Source: a virus
Reading direction: 5' to 3' (one strand)
Length of the DNA: 64,000 bases
Virus record (IMG/VR): IMGVR_UViG_3300032308_001684
Coordinates: 31,849-95,848 of that record
Below are positions 10,033-17,325 of the stretch, piece by piece (position 1 is the first letter of the stretch; every line of letters starts with the position of its first letter). A model generated the notes under the pieces. The model was not told the origin of the DNA, searched no databases, and worked only from the letters and a program-made list of their open reading frames with translations. The position numbers and the translations under genes are program-made.

Positions 10033-10042
10033 TGCATGCTCC

Positions 10043-10627
10043 TTACATTGTTGGCCCGTTACCGTTTTGAAAACCTACTACACCACCTTCTGCTTCAATG
10101 CGTTTGATTACGTCCTCAAACAGGATGGGTGCAAAATCAGTTTGTTCTACACAAACACAGTGATAGCGTGGATCAATCATGTCAGGACGGTATGCCGGTG
10201 GCATGGCCTTCATCACACGATTGGCATGCAAGTGTCCGTGAATGTTGACACCAAAACGACCAAGACTTTCTGGGTGAATAGGAATATGACTCAAGATCAT
10301 TCCATTCATTACATGATAAGCCCGAAGCTCACGAAAGTGTTCACGATATTCTTCATCACGAAAGATGTCGTGGTTACCGCGTATCAACACCTTGTCGCCG
10401 TTGAGCCTGCGCATGATACCCAAGGCCTTGCGGTTAATAACCACATCGCCCAAATGGTAAACTTTATCAGTGGGCCGGACTCGCTCGTTCCAGGCCTTGA
10501 CCATGAACTCATCCATTTCATCTGCGTTGTCCCATGGACGCAATTTTGTAACACCATCGTTGCGTGTGAAGCGACATACACCTGCGTGACCAAAGTGCGT
10601 GTCGCTGACTAAAAATACGCTAGGCAT
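10043..10627 (-). CDS. calcineurin-like metallophosphoesterase
   Basis: SDTHFGH, HLGD, RGNHD, HGHLH. Confidence 0.9.
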   Translation of the reverse strand: MPSVFLVSDTHFGHAGVCRFTRNDGVTKLRPWDNADEMDEFMVKAWNERVRPTDKVYHLGDVVINRKALGIMRRLNGDKVLIRGNHDIFRDEEYREHFRELRAYHVMNGMILSHIPIHPESLGRFGVNIHGHLHANRVMKAMPPAYRPDMIDPRYHCVCVEQTDFAPILFEDVIKRIEAEGGVVGFQNGNGPTM

Positions 10628-10648
10628 AATGTGCTCCTTTCATGTCGG

Positions 10649-10810
10649 TTAATGAACTGCTTCTTTTACTTCGCATTCTACCACCCAGTTTTCAAACTGA
10701 GTAGCACCCGATACATCTACTCCCAACCCCACTGCTTCATGCACAAAATGTTTTAGCAGTGCATTATACAGCTCGTCGGGCATGGTATCTTTGCTAAATT
10801 GAATTTTCAA
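10649..10810 (-). CDS. small hypothetical protein (53 aa)
   Basis: TTG start with GGAG RBS. Confidence 0.5.
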   Translation of the reverse strand: MKIQFSKDTMPDELYNALLKHFVHEAVGLGVDVSGATQFENWVVECEVKEAVH

Positions 10811-10819
10811 TCTATACTC

Positions 10820-11173
10820 CTACTCTTGTTGTTTTAAATATTTTCTCTGAAACTTTAAATGGTGCTTCATGGCCGCCGCACATGAAAACTGATCGTTCTT
10901 TTTAAACTTGACACCATTCAATGAAAATGGTTTTAACACACGATCTCCGTTCCACCAGCCTCGTTCGACCTGTATGTATCCATCACGCTCTAGTTGTTCG
11001 CGAAGCTGGGCAAACTCAGGGTGATCTTTGGTACCAACGCTGACCATGGAACTGGGATTTTTAATCACTGAAATTAGTTCTTCTGCAGTGAGATCTGTGC
11101 GATCGTTGTAGCAAGGATATTCAGTCCGCACTACAACATCAGTAATATATGATTCGTCTATGTAAAAGTCCAT
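10820..11173 (-). CDS. hypothetical phage protein
   Basis: 117 aa ORF directly after a promoter. Confidence 0.65.
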   Translation of the reverse strand: MDFYIDESYITDVVVRTEYPCYNDRTDLTAEELISVIKNPSSMVSVGTKDHPEFAQLREQLERDGYIQVERGWWNGDRVLKPFSLNGVKFKKNDQFSCAAAMKHHLKFQRKYLKQQE

Positions 11174-11179
11174 GCAAGT

Positions 11180-11208
11180 ATTATACTGGCAAAGACATTT
11201 CTAGTCAA
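11180..11208 (-). promoter_or_regulatory. sigma70-type promoter, probably leaderless transcript
   Basis: TTGACT-N17-TATAAT with ATG 6 nt downstream. Confidence 0.75.
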
Positions 11209-11213
11209 CCGTT

Positions 11214-11381
11214 TTATCGGCCGCGTCCGGTGACTTTTTTAACAGGTTTTCCTGTGACCACAGGCACGGGTCGTTTGGTCTTTGATTTGCCATCTTCTTT
11301 GGCATCCGACTTGGTGTCAGGATGTGCCGCGGCATGTTTTTTCTCCAGCGCGGCCTTTAGAGTGTCTGTTAATTTGCTCAT
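11214..11381 (-). CDS. small basic hypothetical protein (55 aa)
   Basis: MSKLTDTLKAALEKK...GRGR; ATGA coupling with the upstream gene. Confidence 0.55.
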   Translation of the reverse strand: MSKLTDTLKAALEKKHAAAHPDTKSDAKEDGKSKTKRPVPVVTGKPVKKVTGRGR

Positions 11382-11812
11382 GCCAGTATGTATTCGTAGT
11401 TCACAGTGCTGTCATTTTCTCTCAACACATGAGCACCATTTTTGATATGGAAGCGTCGAGCCATTTCAGTTTTTGGACTCAGTGTAACAAAGCGGGTGAC
11501 AGTGGGAAACTGTCTGCGTATTTCATCCACAGTGGCAAACAACAGTTCACCAGCCGCGCCAGGCACATAGCTCCAAATGGTGTAGAATATGGCTGTGTTG
11601 GGTTCGGTGGAATCTTGAGATAAATCTTCCACAGTTTCAGGTACAAAATCATGTAGGCTTACACACACCATGGCTCTAGGCTTTTCTTCTACCAGCGCCG
11701 AAACAAAACGCTGACCGCTTACACGGAACTCGCGTGAAATTTCAGGACGCACAGGGTCGTCTTTGAGATAGTCTAGCAAGGGATCGGTGAGTTCGTGAAT
11801 GAATGACAGCAT
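11378..11812 (-). CDS. malonyl-CoA decarboxylase-like / GNAT-fold small protein
   Basis: TAIFYTIWS and FVTLSP resemble MCD catalytic-domain motifs. Confidence 0.55.
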   Translation of the reverse strand: MLSFIHELTDPLLDYLKDDPVRPEISREFRVSGQRFVSALVEEKPRAMVCVSLHDFVPETVEDLSQDSTEPNTAIFYTIWSYVPGAAGELLFATVDEIRRQFPTVTRFVTLSPKTEMARRFHIKNGAHVLRENDSTVNYEYILA

Positions 11813-11843
11813 AATATGTGTATATATCTCTTTTGTTGAAAAT

Positions 11844-12071
11844 CTATGATTTACGAGATTTTTTATCAACGTATTGGCTCTTGTAGAGATAGTCGCGGCC
11901 AATATGACCTTGTTCAACTTCTCTAATGGCCTTGACCACGGTGGTGTCATCTGTTGTGATATGAGGAGCATAGCCGTTGGACAACTCACGAGCTCGACGA
12001 CTAGCGATCAACACTAGATCATAACGATTACCTACTTGTTCTACTGCTTTTTCTGATGTGATTCTTGCCAT
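11844..12071 (-). CDS. rpoZ: RNA polymerase omega subunit homolog
   Basis: MARITSEKAVEQVGNRYDLVLIASRRARELSNG...AIREVEQG. Confidence 0.9.
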   Translation of the reverse strand: MARITSEKAVEQVGNRYDLVLIASRRARELSNGYAPHITTDDTTVVKAIREVEQGHIGRDYLYKSQYVDKKSRKS

Positions 12072-12094
12072 GCTATTCTCCTTGGTTATTAAAA

Positions 12095-12445
12095 TGCTCT
12101 GCGACCCTCGGCGGTATAAAAATTAGCGACCTGGTTGGATTTTGTATCTACCTTCCACCCATCGGCTTCCGGTCCCTCAGTAGGTCAATCAAAGGCTAAA
12201 ATTTACCCGCTTCCCGACGGGGCCCGTTCTCGCATTGCCAGCGGCCTTTCGGTTGGAAGACTACCACCCGTGGTTGCTACACCACTTCTTGTCATCTGGG
12301 TCAGACTAGCTGTTGCTACACAGCACGTAAAGTAGCTCAGGCGGCGCTTGAATCCACGGTAGCCCTACTCTTCATGGCCGGTCCTTGTACATGGTCGACA
12401 TTGACAAGTATTTCGGTGTTCCACTGTAGCTACTACCTGAGCAAA
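12095..12445 (-). ncRNA. candidate structured RNA(s) downstream of tRNA-Gly
   Basis: No credible ORF; closing helices GCTCAGG/CCTGAGC and TGACCC/GGGTCG; two hairpins with the same TGTAGCAA loop. Confidence 0.55.
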
Positions 12446-12447
12446 CT

Positions 12448-12521
12448 TGGAGCAGGGTAAGAGAATCGAACTCTCCGCATCAGCTTGGAAGGCTGAGGTA
12501 TTACCACTATACGAACCCTGC
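12448..12521 (-). tRNA. tRNA-Gly(TCC)
   Basis: Cloverleaf with CCA. Confidence 0.9.
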
Positions 12522-12527
12522 ACTGCT

Positions 12528-12601
12528 TGGTTGCGGAGGAGGGAATCGAACCCCCAACACCAGCTTATGAGACTGGTAAGATACCGTTTCTATACTCCGC
12601 G
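12528..12601 (-). tRNA. tRNA-Met(CAT), initiator-like
   Basis: C1:A72 mismatch; CAT anticodon. Confidence 0.85.
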
Positions 12602-12604
12602 ATA

Positions 12605-13189
12605 TTAGTTCCGCTTACGATTATGCGGAGTCTGTGTTGATGCTCAGTGACCTGCGATGCAGAGGACCAGCTGTTCAGGCCAATCATACAGAGCACAGAG
12701 TGTAGCCCAGACCGATTTGGGTTGCGAGAGGCTAGAAAACTACCGTATACTCGGATCGATCTAGCGTCGCTAAACATAGCAGTGAGTGGCCCGGGCTTGT
12801 GTAGCGCCTGGAATATAGTATGCATCACTGTGTGTCTATGTTGAAATAGTAAATGGCACCATCACGTGTTTAAGGTCCAGACATTTTGTCCAGGGTTCCA
12901 GCCTGGTGCCCAGTCCCCCTTGGCATGCTGATCTCGTAGCCAACGAGTACGTCTCAAATTGAGTTGCAGGAGCCCAGGGTGGTGATCTCCCCTGATGGTT
13001 GGGATATTGCTGGCGAAGCATTCTTTCGCTCACACCATTTACCATATGTAAGTGCTGAGAAATACCAATTTAGGCGTCCGGCGCTAACCGTGCCACAGCC
13101 GAGGTCTGTTGTGTCAGGACCCGTCCCCGGCCGGGAGGGCCCGAATAGTGTACACGTCTGCACACGATACCAGTATCAGCACTTACATA
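12605..13189 (-). ncRNA. candidate large or multi-domain structured RNA between tRNA-Glu and tRNA-fMet
   Basis: Three domains bounded by long helices, including a perfect 19-bp inverted repeat (13040-13058/13176-13194). Confidence 0.55.
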
Positions 13190-13264
13190 TGGTACACGGT
13201 AGGGGAATCGAACCCCTCTTCCTGCCGTGAAAGGGCAGTGTCCTAACCGATAGACGAACCGTGC
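13190..13264 (-). tRNA. tRNA-Glu(TTC)
   Basis: Cloverleaf with CCA. Confidence 0.9.
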
Positions 13265-13279
13265 ATCGAATCAATAGAT

Positions 13280-13327
13280 TGTTAATGAGCAAGTATGTAT
13301 TATAATATATTTTGAGTTGCGTGTCAA
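13280..13327 (-). promoter_or_regulatory. sigma70 promoter followed by a boxA-like site
   Basis: TTGACA-N17-TATAAT (13299-13327), then TGCTCATTAACA (13280-13291). Confidence 0.75.
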
Positions 13328-13342
13328 CCTGTAAATAGATTC

Positions 13343-14242
13343 ATGCACAAACTTTTTATAGCTACCTATTCTGGAGATCTTGCCCAGTTTGAACTGTGTT
13401 GCCATTGCATTAACAAAAACTGGAAAGGCAATCGATTCATCACAATATCCTGGGGACAACCAAATCCCTTGCAACAGGGTCAGATTTTTAATATAGAATC
13501 ACTCACTAGTCTGGTAACAGACATTTTTGACAGCGACTGGCAGATAGAAATAGTAGATGGCGCTGTGCCAGGAATGTCAGGCTACTGTGAACAACAGGTC
13601 AACAAAGTTAGATTTTCTATTGATCCTAGGTTTCAAGATACCATAGTGTTTGACTGTAAAGATTTTTTACTCAAACCTACGGGCATTGATTTTTTCAAAC
13701 CCAACGGTGTTTATCGTGTGGCATATTTTAAAAATGGCAACACATTTAAAGAACAATACATATCTGCATTGGACATCATTGATCAGGTACCCAACAATGT
13801 TCCTACACCTTTTAACACTACTCCTTGGATATGGGCCGGCGGAGAGCTTGAAAAGTTTTGGTCTTACATGCAATCAAGATTTGGCCCATATCAATCCTGG
13901 AGAACTTTTCCTGGTGCAACAGAATGGTCAAACTTTTATATCTTCAACTACTGCGACCCAGAGTCAATGATGCCCATGACTAGTGCCGAATACGAGTTTG
14001 TTAACTTTTGTGGTGTATGGCAAACTCTCAGCCTTGAAGATATACAGCAACAAATCGTTGATTTTGATGTCTGGGATTCTATGCGCATATGGAAACATAC
14101 CAGAAAAGATTCTACTCTCCAAAAGGTCGAGCTCACAGAGCAGGTACTTAAAAAATATGGAATAGAACAATCAGTGATTGATCAATGGAAACAACAACAT
14201 CTTGCTGAAATCTTGCAGTCTGATTATTCTAAAGAATTTTGA
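13343..14242 (+). CDS. hypothetical protein, possibly glycosyltransferase-like
   Basis: 299 aa reverse-oriented ORF; QQVNK...VFDCKDFLLKP; TAAATA just upstream. Confidence 0.6.
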   Translation: MHKLFIATYSGDLAQFELCCHCINKNWKGNRFITISWGQPNPLQQGQIFNIESLTSLVTDIFDSDWQIEIVDGAVPGMSGYCEQQVNKVRFSIDPRFQDTIVFDCKDFLLKPTGIDFFKPNGVYRVAYFKNGNTFKEQYISALDIIDQVPNNVPTPFNTTPWIWAGGELEKFWSYMQSRFGPYQSWRTFPGATEWSNFYIFNYCDPESMMPMTSAEYEFVNFCGVWQTLSLEDIQQQIVDFDVWDSMRIWKHTRKDSTLQKVELTEQVLKKYGIEQSVIDQWKQQHLAEILQSDYSKEF

Positions 14243-14578
14243 CCGGGTATTCTGTTACGAGGAACCCGGCAAACCCTAGGTTACCTTAGATCAGGCAGCC
14301 AATGCGTAAACTTCATCGTTTGCGTTTACTTTGATTTGCTTCTACGACCAGGTTACCCCAATCCTACGGGTTCTGCTTTCCCGTGTTGCCGTCTTTTCTA
14401 GCTCGCCATGTCGAAACCGGTCGAGCCCATCATAAAAAGACATGTATGCAAACAAACGCAATCAACAGTATGACTACTATAGTGTACGATGTGTTAACCA
14501 TATATCTCCTTATGGTGGACCCGGGGAGAATCGAACTCCCGTCCACAGCGCCTTCAAATTGAAGGATATACAACAATT
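14243..14578 (-). ncRNA. ssrA: circularly permuted (two-piece) tmRNA
   Basis: Acceptor piece ending GGGTCCACCA (14513) precedes the coding piece starting GGGCTCGAC (14428); G3-U70 pair; tag ANDEVYALAA* at 14291-14323. Confidence 0.9.
14430..14501 (-). CDS. 23-aa hydrophobic micropeptide in the tmRNA intervening segment
   Basis: TAAGGAG RBS, MVNTSYTIVVILLIAFVCIHVFL*. Confidence 0.5.
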   Translation of the reverse strand: MVNTSYTIVVILLIAFVCIHVFL

Positions 14579-14703
14579 CTTTCACGAGACTATCAGGACT
14601 TGAAGGCCCTCGCGTGGCCTAGGGACTCACACCCTATCAACATTCCAGCAGATAAATCAGCGCCACTGGGTGTATACTCCTGCTAGTTGTTTACTTATCA
14701 TCA

Positions 14704-14777
14704 TGGTGGAGGATGAGAGAATCGAACTCTCAATCTCGGCTTGCAAAGCCGATGTTATCCCATTTAACTAATCCCCC
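14704..14777 (-). tRNA. tRNA-Ala(TGC)
   Basis: Cloverleaf, G3-U70, CCA. Confidence 0.9.
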
Positions 14778-14989
14778 AAAGAAAAAACCTGAGTCATCCC
14801 CAGGTTTCTTCGTACTTCTTCATGGCCAGTTGCCTGGCCAACCACAACCTAAACTTTACATAATCACTGAGTTCAACGTCAACTGAATTATGTATTACTT
14901 CGGGTCTACGGTATCCTACATGTAGGTAATCATCTCCTTCATATACATACTCGCAATCATCGATTGTAAGTACAATGATGTGAGCAGGA

Positions 14990-15181
14990 TTACTTTTTAG
15001 GAGCGTCGGCTTTTTTGTCGTCTTTCTTAGCGTCGCTTTTGGTAGCGTCAGCGGCCTTCTTTTCAGCAGGCTTAGCAGGTGCTGCCGCGGCTGGCTTGGC
15101 TTCTTCTTTCTTGGCAGCAGGTGCCTGTGCGAAAGCGGATACAGCGAACAATGATGCGATTAGTGTAGCTACGAGTTTCAT
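14990..15181 (-). CDS. small secreted Ala/Lys/Pro-rich protein
   Basis: Signal peptide ending SAFA; AAGGAG RBS. Confidence 0.75.
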   Translation of the reverse strand: MKLVATLIASLFAVSAFAQAPAAKKEEAKPAAAAPAKPAEKKAADATKSDAKKDDKKADAPKK

Positions 15182-15278
15182 AAAAGTCTCCTTTTGGTTA
15201 TGAAATGTAGAGAATCAACCTCTACACTATAATAACGCCTGTGTTGACATCTACGTTGACACATTTGGCAAATATTTT

Positions 15279-15353
15279 TGGTACCCAAGGGTGGGAACGA
15301 TCCACCGACCCTCGCCTTATCAAGACGATGCTCTACCACTGAGCTACTTGGGC
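15279..15353 (-). tRNA. tRNA-Ile(GAT)
   Basis: Cloverleaf with CCA; atypical T-loop. Confidence 0.85.
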
Positions 15354-15359
15354 ATGTCA

Positions 15360-15436
15360 TGGCCGGCCCTGAGAGATTTGAACTCCCAACTTCCAGTTTC
15401 GAAGACTGGCACTCTATCCAATTGAGTTAAGGACCG
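15360..15436 (-). tRNA. tRNA-Arg(TCG)
   Basis: Cloverleaf with CCA. Confidence 0.9.
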
Positions 15437-15441
15437 ATGAT

Positions 15442-15516
15442 TGGTCCGGCCTGCAGGAATCGAACCCACATTCACGGTGTAGAAGACCGCTGTATTATCC
15501 ATTATACTAAGGCCGG
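15442..15516 (-). tRNA. tRNA-Arg(TCT)
   Basis: Cloverleaf with CCA. Confidence 0.9.
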
Positions 15517-15521
15517 ATATT

Positions 15522-15596
15522 TGGTGGTAATGGTAAGAGTCGAACTTACACTGAACACCGTATGAAGGTGGAGCACTACCATTATGCTACATTACC
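15522..15596 (-). tRNA. tRNA-Met(CAT), probably elongator
   Basis: Cloverleaf with CCA, paired 1:72. Confidence 0.8.
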
Positions 15597-16311
15597 AAAA
15601 AATATGTTCGCGGATGTATTGAGCGTAGGCCACATGAGCCGGACGTAGAAAATGTCCCCCGGGTGCTCTAGCAAAATTACGATCCATAGCAAAATTACAA
15701 AAATCTACATTGCCCACAGGCCTGAATATGTTGTCGTTCCAGTTAAAATCTATCACTGCTTGGAAACTGTCTATGTTGATAACCGATATCGATCGATCCA
15801 GGGCTAATTTGTTCAAGGCCAGGATGTTTTTTATTTTGTTGATACGTCCGCGGTGATCGTGTCCTTCAAACATGATCCATTCACGTCCGTATCTCTCATA
15901 ACGTTCGCGATTCTTTATTAGTGGGCCTATGTTGATGCCTTGCTGTAAAACAGGATTTCCCACACGAGCATGACTGATTCCATCGCCGTAATTGATGGGT
16001 ATCCAGTATTGATGTTCTTCGTGCCATACTTCGCCACGATCACAACCAGTCCAGCAGGCTATCACGATGTCTTGATCTGTAAGACCGTCAATCTGTTCCA
16101 ACAACACACGGAACATAGCATCGTTGCTACCGCCCGATATAGCATGATTTATAGACTCGTAGCCCAGTGCATCGGCCAGTAATACAGGATAACTGTTTTT
16201 GGCGCCATATTCAACCTGCATGACAGGATGCTGGATATTGTTACTGGGTTCAGACCATATCTCAGCACCTGTGGCATGACTGCATCCTAGTATAATCGCT
16301 TTGTTCATCAT
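15592..16311 (-). CDS. SGNH-hydrolase-like hypothetical protein
   Basis: GCSH...GGSND...WT...GH; paralogs at 37683 and 39618. Confidence 0.55.
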   Translation of the reverse strand: MMNKAIILGCSHATGAEIWSEPSNNIQHPVMQVEYGAKNSYPVLLADALGYESINHAISGGSNDAMFRVLLEQIDGLTDQDIVIACWTGCDRGEVWHEEHQYWIPINYGDGISHARVGNPVLQQGINIGPLIKNRERYERYGREWIMFEGHDHRGRINKIKNILALNKLALDRSISVINIDSFQAVIDFNWNDNIFRPVGNVDFCNFAMDRNFARAPGGHFLRPAHVAYAQYIREHIFW

Positions 16312-16323
16312 GATACTTACCAA

Positions 16324-16399
16324 TGGTAGGACGTGCGGGATTCGAACCCACCACCAATAGATTAAAAGTCTACTGCTCTACCCAATGAGCTAACGTCCC
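16324..16399 (-). tRNA. tRNA-Lys(TTT)
   Basis: Cloverleaf with CCA. Confidence 0.9.
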
Positions 16400-16405
16400 G
16401 ATGTC

Positions 16406-16479
16406 TGGCAGAGGGTATAGGAATCGAACCTATAATAACGGAATCAAAATCCGTGGTTATACCATTTAACTAACCCCCA
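16406..16479 (-). tRNA. tRNA-Gln(TTG)
   Basis: Cloverleaf with CCA. Confidence 0.88.
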
Positions 16480-16487
16480 ACTGTGAT

Positions 16488-16563
16488 TGGTGCCGTCCCC
16501 TGGGATCGAACCAGGTTCCTCGGTGCTTCAAACCGGTGCTATGACCACATCAGCTAAAACGGC
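16488..16563 (-). tRNA. tRNA-Phe(GAA)
   Basis: Cloverleaf with CCA. Confidence 0.88.
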
Positions 16564-16565
16564 AT

Positions 16566-16639
16566 TGGTACCTCGTGACAGAATCGAACTGCCGCAACCG
16601 CCGTGTAAAAGCGGAGTTCTACCATTAAACTAACGAGGC
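16566..16639 (-). tRNA. tRNA-Val(TAC)
   Basis: Cloverleaf with CCA. Confidence 0.9.
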
Positions 16640-16712
16640 AAAAAAGAAAACCCAGACGCAGTTTGCCGACATCAACGAGAGATCTATAACCGGAGGTCTG
16701 GGCCATAATACT

Positions 16713-16787
16713 TGGAGCAGGTAGTCGGGGTCGAACCGACGGCATTCTCGTTGGCAACGAGACATTCTACCACTGAATTATACCTGC
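16713..16787 (-). tRNA. tRNA-Gly(GCC)
   Basis: Cloverleaf with CCA. Confidence 0.9.
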
Positions 16788-16790
16788 ATA

Positions 16791-16872
16791 TGGTACCCCT
16801 GCCCGGATTCGAACCGGGAAACATAGTCACTCCTTTTGAGAGAGCCGCCTTTTCCAATTTGGCCACAGGGGC
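16791..16872 (-). tRNA. tRNA-Leu(CAA)
   Basis: Class II cloverleaf with CCA. Confidence 0.85.
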
Positions 16873-16880
16873 AATAAACT

Positions 16881-16957
16881 TGGTCGGAGTACAAGGATTC
16901 GAACCTTGGACCCCCTGGTCCCAAACCAGGTGCGCTACCAGGCTGCGCCACACTCCG
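16881..16957 (-). tRNA. tRNA-Pro(TGG)
   Basis: Cloverleaf with CCA. Confidence 0.92.
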
Positions 16958-16963
16958 AATAAC

Positions 16964-17049
16964 TGGTACGACTGGCCGGACTCGAACCGGCACGCCATTA
17001 AAGACGACAGATTTTAAGTCTGTTGCGGCTACCATTACGCCACAGTCGC
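16964..17049 (-). tRNA. tRNA-Leu(TAA)
   Basis: Class II cloverleaf with CCA. Confidence 0.9.
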
Positions 17050-17056
17050 AAACATT

Positions 17057-17139
17057 TGGTGCCCCAGGTCGGACTCGAACCGACACGCACTAGGCACTGG
17101 CTTCTAAGACCAGCGTGGCTACCATTACACCACCGGGGC
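17057..17139 (-). tRNA. tRNA-Leu(TAG)
   Basis: Class II cloverleaf with CCA. Confidence 0.9.
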
Positions 17140-17148
17140 AAAATTACA

Positions 17149-17224
17149 TGGGGAGAAGTATGGGAATCGAACCCATGCTAACGGAATCACAATCCGTGGT
17201 GCTGACCGCTACACTAACGACTCC
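17149..17224 (-). tRNA. tRNA-His(GTG)
   Basis: Cloverleaf, encoded G-1, CCA. Confidence 0.88.
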
Positions 17225-17230
17225 ATTGAT

Positions 17231-17320
17231 TGGCGGAGAGACTGGGACTTGAACCCAGAAAGCGGCTTTCACCACTCGACGGATTAGCAATCCGCTCCAA
17301 TACCATTATGGGACCTCTCC
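17231..17320 (-). tRNA. tRNA-Ser(GCT)
   Basis: Class II cloverleaf with CCA. Confidence 0.9.
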
Positions 17321-17325
17321 ATGTT

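Noticed and set aside
12095-12445. RNase P RNA
   Set aside because: Size fits, but the GAGGAAAGUCC and AGAA...GGCUUA signature motifs are absent on both strands.
14900-14998. Functional -1 frameshift at T-AAA-AAG
   Set aside because: The -1 frame stops after about 26 codons; the long protein-like frame is +1.
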